From Planctomycetota bacterium (GTDB taxonomy: Bacteria > Planctomycetota > SZUA-567 > H5-PLA8): DNA of 64,000 bases. The stretch spans positions 96,001-160,000 of the forward strand of contig JBBRPR010000009.1 in the NCBI GenBank assembly GCA_038227875.1, in the 5' to 3' direction. The translations under genes were made by a program, and so were the position numbers. The notes under the pieces were generated by a model. The model was not told the origin of the DNA, did no database searches, and worked only from the letters and a program-made list of their open reading frames with translations. This document shows, in pieces, positions 38,044 through 47,691 of the stretch (positions are counted from its first letter, which is position 1; each line of letters starts with the position of its first letter).

Positions 38044-39249
38044 CTAAGCGTCGCGCGCGACGTTGAAGACGAGACGGGTACTTCCCTGATCGTCTTCCAC
38101 TTCAGTGGAGTGGTGTTGGTGGCGCGACGGCTTTTTCTGGGAGAGCAGCACGACACCGCCGATCAGCGCGAGGATCAGCACGACCAGCGTGAATATTTTC
38201 CAGAAACTGTACGGCCGGTCGCCAGTCACTTCTCCGGTCTGGCCGTTGATCTGGAAGCAGAAACTTTTGTTGTTGAAGCGGTAGCAGCTCACCCACAGCG
38301 GCAGCAGTATGTGCTTGTAGGTGATGCCATTGTACGCGGTATTGATCGACAGAATGCGCTGCTCGTCGCCGCCGATTTCGCTGCGCACGCCTTCGCGGAT
38401 TTCGTCGGCGATCACGGATTTCGCCTTGCTCCAGCCTTCTTCGCAGGAGACGGCGTAGCGTTCCGCGCCGAAGCCGCTGAGGTACTCGGGCGTGTATGGC
38501 GTCAGTTCGTTCAGACCGTATTTCGTCGGGTACTTGGCGTCTTTGCCCGCGTCGATCAGCACGTCGTCGAAAAATTCGCTGTGAACGCCGGAGACTGGAA
38601 TCCACATCGTGTGCCGGACCTGGCGTGTCTTGGTGACGGTCTTGCCGTCTTCGGTGGTCGTGTAGGTTTCCGTTGTGTAATAGTACGTACCGCGTTCGCC
38701 CATCCAGTGGCTAATGGTGTTGGAGTCGTACGTCCAGAAGGGCCGGTAGACGCCATGGAGTTGCTTGGCGTGCGAATCGTTTTTGAGCGAATTGGGCGCG
38801 AACCAGAGTCCGGAAATCCACTTCGAGAACAGTTTCTGCGCTTCTTCGAGCGTGACTTTGAATGGCAGCACCGCTTCGGGCGTGACGATGTCCTCGGCCG
38901 TCTTCTCGCCTTCGCCGTCCTCCACCACCAACGGCGCGCCACAGTAACCGCAGGTTGTCGCGCGGATATTCGCGTCGAGATGCGCGATCGCGCCACAGCC
39001 GCTGCAGCGGACATCGCGGCGCTGGCCGGGCGTTTCGCCGTAGCCGGTGGACTTGGGTTTCGCGAGGTAATCGTTGAACGAGTACTCTTTGATCTCATCG
39101 GCCGTCTGCGGAATCTTTTCTTCGTGCCCGCAGAAACCGCACTTCAACGCGCCGTCCTTCGGCGCAAAAACCAGATTCGCGCCGCAGGCCTTGCAGGGAA
39201 ACTTGCGCTCTTTCTCGGTGACGGTCGGTGCGGCTTCTTCTTGCGCCAT
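38044..39249 (-). CDS. Multi-zinc-ribbon membrane protein (family commonly paired with SPFH/YdjI-like genes)
   Basis: CKACG, CGFCG, CSGCG and CGYCG knuckles; PEAVLPF, YRPFW, LLPLW, INGQTGEV; C-terminal TM. Start could be GTG 39264. Confidence 0.75.
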   Translation of the reverse strand: MAQEEAAPTVTEKERKFPCKACGANLVFAPKDGALKCGFCGHEEKIPQTADEIKEYSFNDYLAKPKSTGYGETPGQRRDVRCSGCGAIAHLDANIRATTCGYCGAPLVVEDGEGEKTAEDIVTPEAVLPFKVTLEEAQKLFSKWISGLWFAPNSLKNDSHAKQLHGVYRPFWTYDSNTISHWMGERGTYYYTTETYTTTEDGKTVTKTRQVRHTMWIPVSGVHSEFFDDVLIDAGKDAKYPTKYGLNELTPYTPEYLSGFGAERYAVSCEEGWSKAKSVIADEIREGVRSEIGGDEQRILSINTAYNGITYKHILLPLWVSCYRFNNKSFCFQINGQTGEVTGDRPYSFWKIFTLVVLILALIGGVVLLSQKKPSRHQHHSTEVEDDQGSTRLVFNVARDA

Positions 39250-39368
39250 AGCTTTCCGTGACACCCATGGAGTCGGCGGGCAGAAAAGCTGGCTATCTTA
39301 AGACAGCCAGTTTGACGGATTATTTTTGGAAGACTTTACGCCTGGAGTGAGCGCGCGCAAGGTTCACG

Positions 39369-40388
39369 CTACAATTTCGCCAGCAGCTCAGTCTTCTTCG
39401 CCGTGTACTCCGCCGCATCGATCAGCCCGGCTTCCATGAGCTTCTTCAGCTGGCTGAGTTTCCCGACGATGTCCTCGGCTCCACCGGCAGCGGGAGCCGC
39501 CGGGGCCGCAGCGGGCTGCGGTTGCTGTTGAGCGGCGGCCATGGCGCTGGCCATCTGCCCGCCCATCATCGCGCCCGCGCCCAATCCCATGCCGATGCCG
39601 GCCATGCCGCCGGGCTGTTTCGCCGCGTCGGGAATCGCATTGGCGACCTGGAACTGCGTGAAGCGATTGAGATCGCCGATCGCGCCCATCTGCGAGCGCT
39701 TGTCGAGCGCTGCTTCGACTTCTGGCGGGACGGAGATATTCGAAATGATGAAGCGCGTCAGAGTCAGGCCGTGGGATTCGAAATCCGCGCCGATATCCTT
39801 GGTCAGCGCGCCGCCGATCTCCTTGTAGTTCGCCGCCAAGTCCAGGCACGGCACCTTGGCTTTGCCCAATGCTTCAGCGAACGCCTGGAGCAGCATGTCG
39901 CGAAGGTACTCGCTGATCTTTTCCGTCTCGAAGAGGCCGTCGGTGCCGACGATCTCTTTCAGGAAGACGCCGGGATCAGAGATGCGCACCGCATACGCGC
40001 CAAATGCGCGGAGGCGAACGACGCCGAAGTCGGCATCGCGCATCATGATCGGATTCTGCGTGCCCCACTTCAGGTCCGTGAACTGCCGCGTCGCGACGAA
40101 GTACACTTCGCTCTTAAAGGGGGATTCGAAGCCGTACTTCCAGCCCAGCAGCGTGGAGAGGATGGGCAGATTCTTGGAATCGAGCGTGTAGGTGCCCGGT
40201 CCCATGACGTCGGCGAGCTTGCCTTCGCGGATGAAGACCGCCGCCTGGCCTTCGCGGACGACGAGCTTCGCGCCGTTCTTGATTTCCTTGGCGTAGACGG
40301 GAAAGCGGTAGACCATCGTGTCGCGGGAATCGTCGACCCACTCGATGATCTCAATGAACTGTGCCGTCAACCGATCGAAGAACCCCAT
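39369..40388 (-). CDS. SPFH/band-7 (YdjI-like) protein with C-terminal SHOCT domain
   Basis: IEIIEW, LVVREGQAAVF, PGTYTL, SPFKSEVYF, KWGTQNP, LRAFG; terminal LSQLKKLMEAGLIDAAEYTAKKTELL. Confidence 0.85.
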   Translation of the reverse strand: MGFFDRLTAQFIEIIEWVDDSRDTMVYRFPVYAKEIKNGAKLVVREGQAAVFIREGKLADVMGPGTYTLDSKNLPILSTLLGWKYGFESPFKSEVYFVATRQFTDLKWGTQNPIMMRDADFGVVRLRAFGAYAVRISDPGVFLKEIVGTDGLFETEKISEYLRDMLLQAFAEALGKAKVPCLDLAANYKEIGGALTKDIGADFESHGLTLTRFIISNISVPPEVEAALDKRSQMGAIGDLNRFTQFQVANAIPDAAKQPGGMAGIGMGLGAGAMMGGQMASAMAAAQQQPQPAAAPAAPAAGGAEDIVGKLSQLKKLMEAGLIDAAEYTAKKTELLAKL

Positions 40389-40566
40389 GCGGACGTCTCC
40401 TTTTTTAACGCGAAGCACGTGGTGAAGTGACGGGAGAATAATACCTCACAGAGGCCATCACTGGCAACGCCTATTGAGCGCCAAGTGGTGGACACAAAAT
40501 GCGGTTTTTCATAGGCGAAGTTCGGCTTACAAAAATAGTTCCGATTTGTAACGCGCTACGTATTTC

Positions 40567-40647
40567 ATCTCACGCAAAGGCGCGAAGCCGCAAAGAACGG
40601 ATTTTTTGATCTCGCGCAAAGACGCAAAGACGCCAAGAACGGATTTT
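40567..40647. repeat. Two direct ~40-bp repeats built of CGCAAAG-type octamers; a third copy is inverted at 50655-50688
   Basis: atctcacgcaaaggcgcgaagccgcaaagaacgg and atctcgcgcaaagacgcaaagacgccaagaacgg. Confidence 0.8.
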
Positions 40648-40757
40648 CGAAAGGGATGTTGAATTTGGCTTGAGCTCAAATCCCACGCAAGGGGTGCTGC
40701 CCTGAGCTTGTCGAACGGGCGGGAAGAATGTGGCGGTTGCAAATTGGCGCGCTGAAC

Positions 40758-42089
40758 TCAGGGCGCTTGAAACAACGCCGTTACGCGCAGGCCGAGCTTC
40801 ACGAACTTCGCGGGCGGGGGTGTGTCGAAGATCACGACGGTCTCGACGATCTTCACATCCACGCGCTCTTTCGATTCACCGGTCGAAAAGCGTTTCTGGC
40901 CAGTGGCGTTGCTGACGCTTTGGACGGTGCCGTTGAAAGCTGTGCCGGCGAAGGCGTCGGCGGTGATCTTGACGCGCTGGCCGGCGGCGACGCCGGGGAA
41001 GTCGGCTTCGTCCACGTCGGCGCGGACGCGCAGGCGCGACAGGTCGGCGACGGTCACCACCGGCTGTGGATGGAGCGCGTCGATCACTTCGCCGGGATGC
41101 ATGAACTTGCGGATGACCGTGCCGGAGAGCGCGGCGACGATGCGCGTTTTTTGCAGCTCGGCTTTCGCCAAGTCGACTTGGGCGCGCGATTGTTCGACTT
41201 GGGCCTGAGCCGACTGGATCACGAACGACGCGGTGGCTTTCTGGCGCAGGACTTCGGCCTCGGCGCTGGCGAGCATCGCGCGAGTGCGGTCTTTCTCTTC
41301 CGGGCGCGATCCGGTTTCCAGTGCGCGCAGATGCGCCTTGGACGCGGCAAATTTCGCGGCGGCGGCCTCGGCGTAGCGGTGGGCCTGATCGTAGAGCTGC
41401 ACCGACCACGACGTGCCGCGCCCGTTGGGGTTGGCGTAACGCTGTTCGTCTTCGGAGAAGCGCTTGGCGTCGGCCTCGAGCGCGGCGGCATCGGCGCGCG
41501 CCTGCTCGAGGTCCTCATGGCGCGGTTCGAGCAGCGTGACTTCGGCCTTCAAGCGCGCGACTTCACTCTCAGCTTTTTTAAGTTCGCCATCGAGGTTGGC
41601 GCGCAGCATGCCGAACTTCGCGTCGGTGGCGCTCAGGTCGGCCTGGCTGGATTTCAGCTTTGCGGCGAGGTCCGCGTTTTCCAGTTCGGCGATCACGTCG
41701 CCGGCCTTCACCGGCTGGCCTTCGTCGACGTAGACGGCGCGAATCTTGCCGCCGACTTCAAACGAGAACGCCCGCTCGCCGCTGGCTGCTTCAACGAGAC
41801 CCGGAGCGGCTTTGTAGTGTTCGAACGGAGCCGGCGCGGGAGTCGGCGGCGGCGCGACGCTCACACTTTCGGCCGTGCTCTGGTGTGCGCTCATGAATGT
41901 GAACGCGGCGACGAGCAGCGCCACCACGACAGCGGCGAGCACAAGCCAACTGCTCCGCCCGCGGTGTTTGCGAGGTACTGCCAGCGGCGTGGCGCTGTCG
42001 ACGCGCACGGCAGTTGGGAGCGCGACGCTCGATTTCGGCACGCGCGGGCGGGCTGGCGCCGGTACGGGTGCGGCGGAATCTTTTTTCAT
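40758..42089 (-). CDS. HlyD-family periplasmic adaptor (DevB-like)
   Basis: N-terminal TM, APGLVE, GKIRAVYVDEGQPVKAGDVIA, long helical hairpin, IVAALSGTV, VRADVDEAD. Start overlaps the upstream TGA. Confidence 0.9.
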   Translation of the reverse strand: MKKDSAAPVPAPARPRVPKSSVALPTAVRVDSATPLAVPRKHRGRSSWLVLAAVVVALLVAAFTFMSAHQSTAESVSVAPPPTPAPAPFEHYKAAPGLVEAASGERAFSFEVGGKIRAVYVDEGQPVKAGDVIAELENADLAAKLKSSQADLSATDAKFGMLRANLDGELKKAESEVARLKAEVTLLEPRHEDLEQARADAAALEADAKRFSEDEQRYANPNGRGTSWSVQLYDQAHRYAEAAAAKFAASKAHLRALETGSRPEEKDRTRAMLASAEAEVLRQKATASFVIQSAQAQVEQSRAQVDLAKAELQKTRIVAALSGTVIRKFMHPGEVIDALHPQPVVTVADLSRLRVRADVDEADFPGVAAGQRVKITADAFAGTAFNGTVQSVSNATGQKRFSTGESKERVDVKIVETVVIFDTPPPAKFVKLGLRVTALFQAP

Positions 42090-42847
42090 CAGTTGCTCGC
42101 AGTCTCGGCGACCACGGCGCCGGTTCGGGAAACCAACCATTGGCCGTCGGCAGCCTGTTCCGGCCGCACGCGGCGGACGATCCGATGCAACTTGCCGTCG
42201 GCCATTTCGATCACGCGGTCGGCGAATTCGCGCACGCGGGGATCGTGGGTGACAACCAGCACTGTCGTGCCGTCTTCTTTCGCGCGGGTGCGCAGCAGGT
42301 CCATCACGCGGCGGCCCTGAAACGCGTCGAGCGCCGCGGTCGGCTCATCGGCCAGCAGCACCGGCGGGCCGCCGGCCAGAGCGCGGGCGATGCCGACGCG
42401 CTGGCGCTGGCCTCCGGAGAGTTCCATCGGATACGACTTCGCTTTCGCGGCGAGGCCGACGCGGTCGAGCAGTTCCGGTGCGGAACTCAAACTCACACCG
42501 CGGAGTTGTAGCGCGACTTCGATGTTCTCCAGCGCCGACAGCGACGCGAGCAGATTGAAGCTTTGAAAAATGAATCCGATGCGCGAGCGCCGGAACGACT
42601 GTAACTGGGCTTCGCTGCAGCAATCCAGGCTGACGCCGCAGACGCTGATTTCGCCGTGTGTCGGCGAGAGCACGCCGCCGATCATCGACAGCAGCGTCGT
42701 CTTGCCGCTGCCGGAGGGTCCCATCAGGACGGTGACTTCGCCGGGAAAAATCGAGAGCGAGACGCCGCGCACGGCCCAGGATTCGCCGCCGTCGTAGTGC
42801 TTGCTGACATTCCGGATCGCAATCGTGGCGTTCATGTCGTGCCTCAT
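42089..42847 (-). CDS. ABC transporter ATP-binding protein (DevA/LolD-like)
   Basis: GPSGSGKT, IGFIFQ, LSGGQRQR, LLADEPT, VTHD. Real start is ATG 42847 (ATGA overlap), not the 43705 start in the ORF track. Confidence 0.93.
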   Translation of the reverse strand: MRHDMNATIAIRNVSKHYDGGESWAVRGVSLSIFPGEVTVLMGPSGSGKTTLLSMIGGVLSPTHGEISVCGVSLDCCSEAQLQSFRRSRIGFIFQSFNLLASLSALENIEVALQLRGVSLSSAPELLDRVGLAAKAKSYPMELSGGQRQRVGIARALAGGPPVLLADEPTAALDAFQGRRVMDLLRTRAKEDGTTVLVVTHDPRVREFADRVIEMADGKLHRIVRRVRPEQAADGQWLVSRTGAVVAETASN

Positions 42848-43986
42848 GTTCTGAAGACCATTCCCGGTTCGATCCGTCTCAGGCGGTGGATCGAGAGCAA
42901 CGACGATCCCGACGCGAGGAAAAATGTGAGCACGGAGACGGCTGCGATCAGCGGCAAGGGAATCAGCACGGCGTTGCCGGCCGATGTCGCCAGCGCGCCG
43001 AGCGCCTCGCTCAACACCAATCCCGCCAGCAATCCCGCCGCGCCGCAGAGTAGACCTTGCGCCAGGACGATGCGTGCGAGTTCCAGCATGGTTGCGCCCA
43101 TTGCCTTGAGCACGCCGAACTCGGGGAGCTTTTCCAGGGTCATCGCGTAAAGCGTCTGCGAGACAATCACACCGCCGACGACCAGTCCCAGAAACGCCGC
43201 GACGAGGAAGCCCAGTCCCACGCCGGTCTCCAGCAACCAGTACTTGCGCGTGCGCCAACTGAAGCCTTCTTTGGTGTGCGCTTCGACGAACGGAATCGCT
43301 GCTTCGATTCGCGCGCGTACGGCGTCGACGTCCGCGCCGGGTGCGACTTTGACCAGGAAGTAGACCGAGCGTTCGCTGCTCGAACCGATGCCGCCGGCCA
43401 GCCAGCCGTATTCCTTCCCGCGCCGCAACGTGGTGAAGAGAAAGGGCGTGGTCGTGAACGAGCGCATGCCTTTGGTGAAGCCCACGACTTTTGCGCGGGT
43501 CGTCAGCACTTCGACGTAATCGCCGAGATTGGGGTTGCCGAGCTTCTTGCGTTCGCCTTCGTCGAGGATGATGGCGTCCTGGTTGTGCAGCGCAGCGACG
43601 TCGCCTTGAGCCATATTGAGCGGCGCGCCGAGCTGGCCGTTGGGATCGAAGCCGATGACGATGCAGTTGGCGTTGCCGCCGTCCGGCATCCGCCAGACGC
43701 TCCACGAGACGTTGTACTCTTCCACCAGCGCCACGCCGGGCACGGCTTGAATCTGGAACTTCTTGCGCTGGTCCATCGGCGTGACGAAATCGAAGGTCTT
43801 CACGTCGCGCACGCTGACCCAGATGTCCGCGTTGGATTTGTCGATCAGCAGCGACGCGTCGCGCACCAGTCCCAGCAGCATCCCGATCTCGAGCGTGACC
43901 AGCACCACTGAGAAGACGATGCCGAGGACGGCGATGCTGGCGCGCAGGGGATCGCGGATCAGGTTGCAGCAGCCGATGGCAATCAT
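42844..43986 (-). CDS. ABC transporter permease (DevC/FtsX-like)
   Basis: TM, periplasmic domain (ADIWV...), then three TMs; QTLY...EFGVLKAMGA, C-terminal IEPGMVF. Confidence 0.9.
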   Translation of the reverse strand: MIAIGCCNLIRDPLRASIAVLGIVFSVVLVTLEIGMLLGLVRDASLLIDKSNADIWVSVRDVKTFDFVTPMDQRKKFQIQAVPGVALVEEYNVSWSVWRMPDGGNANCIVIGFDPNGQLGAPLNMAQGDVAALHNQDAIILDEGERKKLGNPNLGDYVEVLTTRAKVVGFTKGMRSFTTTPFLFTTLRRGKEYGWLAGGIGSSSERSVYFLVKVAPGADVDAVRARIEAAIPFVEAHTKEGFSWRTRKYWLLETGVGLGFLVAAFLGLVVGGVIVSQTLYAMTLEKLPEFGVLKAMGATMLELARIVLAQGLLCGAAGLLAGLVLSEALGALATSAGNAVLIPLPLIAAVSVLTFFLASGSSLLSIHRLRRIEPGMVFRT

Positions 43987-44017
43987 GGCGCGTTGCTCCG
44001 ATGGAATTTCGTGCGGG

Positions 44018-44061
44018 TCAAAAGTCAACATAGGGACCATGGTCCCCATGTTGGCTTTTGA
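44018..44061. promoter_or_regulatory. Long imperfect palindrome between the acyltransferase and permease genes
   Basis: tcaaaagtcaacatagggacc-at-ggtccccatgttggcttttga (21-bp arms, 2 imperfect pairs). Confidence 0.55.
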
Positions 44062-44066
44062 TCACT

Positions 44067-44948
44067 TCAAACTGCCAGCGTTTCGATCTTGGCGGGTGCG
44101 GTGAGCCCGAAATACCGCGCGTCGTCGCGGGTCATCGGCTTGTGACTCGTGGCGAGGAACTGCGCCACCGCGCCTTCCTCCAGCCACGAATAGAAGTAGG
44201 GGTAGAGCGTTCGTTCGTCGGAGCGTGCGCCCTGTCCGCCGACGCGGCGAATTTCGCGCTCGCCCATCCCCAGGTCGCAGCGCAGCAGCACGGCCGGCGC
44301 GCCTTGCACGCGCAGACAGGCGCGCTCCGGGCCAACCTGCTCGAAATTCAGGAGGCGGCGGTAGTAGGTGACGTGGCGCGGATTGACTTCGATCACGAAG
44401 TCGTCGAAGCCGCGCACGCGCCGCGCGAAGATGTAGATGAAGTTGAAGAGCCGGACCAGCAGCAGCTTTGAGCGCTGATTTTCTTCGCTGATGGCCAGGC
44501 GGGTGACTTCCACGAGTCGGCGGCCCTGACCGCGCAAACTGTCGAGCTCGTCGCGATAGATTTCGTCGCAGGGCAGGCCTTCGTCGGAATCGAAGACGAG
44601 CGAAATGGTGGCGGCGTCGCCGCCTTGTTCATCTTGCGCCAGCAGCGTCAGCGTTGAGGTATGCGTGTCGAAGCGCGAGAGGATGAGCTGCTGCTCGCCG
44701 GAGACATACCCGCGGCCGCTGTACACGCGGTGTGCCAGCGCGTAGGCGCGGCGGCGTGTCGCGCGATCGGCGGCGACGCGGATTTGAAAACCGGGATCGC
44801 CGTTATCGCCAGAGACGTTCCAATCGACCAGGCCGCGGTCGAAGTCGGCGTTGATGGCCTTCAGCACTTGGGAAACGGCGCTGGGGCGGCGCACGCGGAC
44901 GGTTTCGGTGGGCAGGCCCAGCACGTCGCGATCTTCCGAAGTCAGCAT
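44067..44948 (-). CDS. N-acyl amino acid synthase, FeeM-type (GNAT/LuxI-like fold)
   Basis: AYALAHRVYSGRGY, ATISLVFDS..GLPCD, LVEVTRLA, IEVNPRHVTYYRRLLNF, GAPAVLL. Confidence 0.85.
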   Translation of the reverse strand: MLTSEDRDVLGLPTETVRVRRPSAVSQVLKAINADFDRGLVDWNVSGDNGDPGFQIRVAADRATRRRAYALAHRVYSGRGYVSGEQQLILSRFDTHTSTLTLLAQDEQGGDAATISLVFDSDEGLPCDEIYRDELDSLRGQGRRLVEVTRLAISEENQRSKLLLVRLFNFIYIFARRVRGFDDFVIEVNPRHVTYYRRLLNFEQVGPERACLRVQGAPAVLLRCDLGMGEREIRRVGGQGARSDERTLYPYFYSWLEEGAVAQFLATSHKPMTRDDARYFGLTAPAKIETLAV

Positions 44949-44989
44949 GGTGGATTCTCCTCAATTGAAATCGGTGCAGTCCGCTACTT

Positions 44990-45952
44990 CTATTTCGCCA
45001 TCCGGCTTAGCAGCACGTGCCGGCGGAGCCGCTGCAGCGGCGAGCGGTTGCCCCAGCGCAACTTACCGCGCGTGACGGTGAAGGTTTTGGCGTTGAAGGC
45101 CGCGTAATGCGGAGCGGCGGAGACTTGATCGGGATCCTGGAGCAGCCGGAGCACAGTCGTCGCCACGACGCCCGAAGCGATCGACGCGGCCAGCGCCAGC
45201 GACGGCGCGTTGGTGCTTCCAGTCGCGGTGACTTTGGAGAGATCGAGATCGCGGAAGCCGTTCATGGTGGGGGACAGTCCCAGCGCGAAATTGGCGAGGC
45301 ATTCTTCGCGCGACCGGCATCCCGGAAAATCGAAGTAGCGATTGAAGCTCATCCCGCCCGGCCGGAAGACCAGCATGTTGACGCCGAAGCCCATCGGCGC
45401 GGCGGTGACCAGCGGAATGCCCAGCTTCTCCGCGGCCGTAAAGAGCGCCAGGCGCGCTTCGAGCGCATAAAATTCAATGCTGTCGACGACCACATCCACA
45501 CCGTCGAGCAGACGTTCGACGTTCTCCGCGTCGACGTCCGCGTGTTCGACCTGCAATTGCGCGTGCGGGTTGATTTCCAGAATCCGCTCCGCCACCGCGT
45601 CGGCTTTCCAGTTTCCCAGCGTCGCGGTGGTCGCGCCGGCCTGGCGGGCGAGATTGGAAATCTCGTAGCGCTCCGGATCGGTCAGCACCAGACTGCGGAT
45701 GCCCAACCGCGCCAGCGCAAACGCATGGAAGCTGCCCACCGAACCGGCCCCGGCCACCAGCACCCTGGCCTTCCACAAGCGCTGTTGCAACGCTTCGTCG
45801 ATGATGCCGCGGTGCCGTCCATACACGCGCTGAAAATAGCCATCAGGAGTCTGGATGTCCGCGGGCGTTTTCGACTGGATCCTGGGCATGCTCTGCACGT
45901 GCGGCTCGACGGTCAGCATCGTTTGGGCTCCATGTGGGAACAGAGTTTCCAC
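44990..45952 (-). CDS. ThiF/MoeB-family adenylyltransferase (stand-alone, no CxxC zinc motifs)
   Basis: VLVAGAGSVGS, DPERYEISNLARQ, K, DVVVDSIE, C-terminal GNRSPLQR. The start could be ATG 45919. Confidence 0.88.
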   Translation of the reverse strand: METLFPHGAQTMLTVEPHVQSMPRIQSKTPADIQTPDGYFQRVYGRHRGIIDEALQQRLWKARVLVAGAGSVGSFHAFALARLGIRSLVLTDPERYEISNLARQAGATTATLGNWKADAVAERILEINPHAQLQVEHADVDAENVERLLDGVDVVVDSIEFYALEARLALFTAAEKLGIPLVTAAPMGFGVNMLVFRPGGMSFNRYFDFPGCRSREECLANFALGLSPTMNGFRDLDLSKVTATGSTNAPSLALAASIASGVVATTVLRLLQDPDQVSAAPHYAAFNAKTFTVTRGKLRWGNRSPLQRLRRHVLLSRMAK

Positions 45953-46006
45953 GCTGCCAGTTCGCGGGAACTGGCCTCGCCACTCTCAATCCAGTTTGCA
46001 GAACAT

Positions 46007-47461
46007 TCAGGGTTTCTTCTGGCCGCTGTCCGCTTTCTCAGTCCGGCTCGGTTGCAGGATCAACTGCCTGAAATTGATGAACGCCTCCGGGTCGCGCAAT
46101 GGGTCGGGAATTTCGCTGGGCGCCAGTGTTTTGATCTCCAATTCGTCGACGGCCACATTTTGGAGCTGTAGCAGTATGGAGCTGGTCTCCAAGGGCTTCG
46201 TGAATTCACTGACATGCGTGAGTTCATCGTTGCCGAAGACAAACGAGTATCGACCGATCCAGTAGGTCGTGACGGTGATCGCCGGGGTCGTGAACGTATC
46301 GTGTGACGAGGTATCCCAATGCAGGGCTTTATGCCAGAAGCGACTTTCGCGTTCCGGGCCATTCTCGATGCGAAAAAGCGAGCACTCGTAATTGGGGGAC
46401 TTCTTGTCGATGATTCCGCAGTAGCGCATGCGGGACATGGCCGGGCGCGAATCGAGCTTCAATGGAATCTGAATCTGGCTGACGGCTTCCACGCGGAGTA
46501 CGCCCTTGAACGGTCCGGAGCTGGCCTGCCAGTCGACTTTGCCATTCAGGAATTGAAAATTCGCGGGCCTGCCGTCGTCGAACGTATAGCGGGTCTGGAC
46601 TGGAGCATCCGTCGCCGTCTCCGTGGATGTGGCTGGGGCGACGACGGGCGTTGGCGTCAGCGCGGTCACAGACGCCGGACGATTGCTATAGAGGTAAAAA
46701 CCGACCAGTCCCGCGCACACGACGGCGCAGGCACTGAGAACCAGGGACCGTTGCCCGTTTCCTGCGCGTTCCACAATTTTGCGAATGGATGGCCGCAGCG
46801 GCCCGCCCTGAGCCACGTGCTGCAGGCTCTGCTGCAGCGACAACGGCGCCGTCTGCATCGGCAGTTGCGACAGCAGTTCTGGAAGCGCCACGGCGCCCAG
46901 CACGATTCCGCCGGCGGTAAGTTGAGCGCGGATCATTTCCAGCGCCCGGGAAAGCTGCACGCGGATGGTGCCTTCCCGCGCCTGCAATGCCTCCGCCGTC
47001 TCACTTTCGCTCAGGCCGTGACAGTAACACAGCAACACCGGATCGCGGTAGCGCTCCGGCAGCCGGAGCAGCACCGCCAGCACGGTGTCCATGAGGTCCA
47101 CGGAGTCCTGTGCCGGCGTGGATTTCTTGTTCATGGACCCACCTCGATTTTGCCGGACTTCGTCTTCCCGGCGCACTCTGCGCTGGCCGGAGCGGACGAT
47201 CAGCCTGCAGGCTTTGCGGACGATCGAGTACAGCCAGCCGCGGATGCTCTGCACCCGGCCGTATTCGCCGGCCCGCCGCATCACGTCCAGAAAGGCCATC
47301 TGCATCGCATCCTGGGCGTCGTCGGGGTTGCGGAGCACGCGGAGCGCGAAGGCGTAAAGTTCGTCCTGGTATCGAGCAAAGAATTCGGACAGCGCCGCGG
47401 GATCCTGCCGCTCGGCGTAGGTGCGCAGCAGCTGGCGCTCGTCTTGGGAGTTTATGGGCAT
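46007..47461 (-). CDS. ECF sigma-70 factor with C-terminal TM and extracytoplasmic domain
   Basis: Region 2 DAQDAMQMAF...WLYSI, region 4 LPERYRDPVLLCYCHGLS...GTIRVQLSRA, TM LVLSACAVVCAGLVGFYLY, beta-rich C-domain. Confidence 0.88.
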   Translation of the reverse strand: MPINSQDERQLLRTYAERQDPAALSEFFARYQDELYAFALRVLRNPDDAQDAMQMAFLDVMRRAGEYGRVQSIRGWLYSIVRKACRLIVRSGQRRVRREDEVRQNRGGSMNKKSTPAQDSVDLMDTVLAVLLRLPERYRDPVLLCYCHGLSESETAEALQAREGTIRVQLSRALEMIRAQLTAGGIVLGAVALPELLSQLPMQTAPLSLQQSLQHVAQGGPLRPSIRKIVERAGNGQRSLVLSACAVVCAGLVGFYLYSNRPASVTALTPTPVVAPATSTETATDAPVQTRYTFDDGRPANFQFLNGKVDWQASSGPFKGVLRVEAVSQIQIPLKLDSRPAMSRMRYCGIIDKKSPNYECSLFRIENGPERESRFWHKALHWDTSSHDTFTTPAITVTTYWIGRYSFVFGNDELTHVSEFTKPLETSSILLQLQNVAVDELEIKTLAPSEIPDPLRDPEAFINFRQLILQPSRTEKADSGQKKP

Positions 47462-47691
47462 GGAACGCACTCTTTTCCTGACCGGCACCCTGGTCCCTGT
47501 CCTGAACCTGCCCGCTTTCACTGCACTGGATACCGCAGGCGGTACCCCGATTACAAGAATCCGAATTTTTTAAACGGTAATGAACGTTGAAATTATCCCA
47601 GCATATATTGAGCCCAGTCCATCCTACTAAGGATGTGTAAAAAGAAGTGCAGAAACTTTAACTCCCGCCGTCTGTCTAAGTAAGGGTGCGC

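Noticed and set aside
42848..43705. Apparent 538-aa ABC ATPase with a long N-terminal extension
   Set aside because: The extension overlaps the permease gene in another frame. The real start is the ATGA-coupled ATG at 42847.
44990..45952. RiPP (microcin C-like) or thiamine/molybdopterin role for ThiF
   Set aside because: No precursor peptide, RRE-like N-terminal domain, ThiS/MoaD partner or CxxC zinc motifs seen; the adjacent acyl synthase is the more plausible partner.
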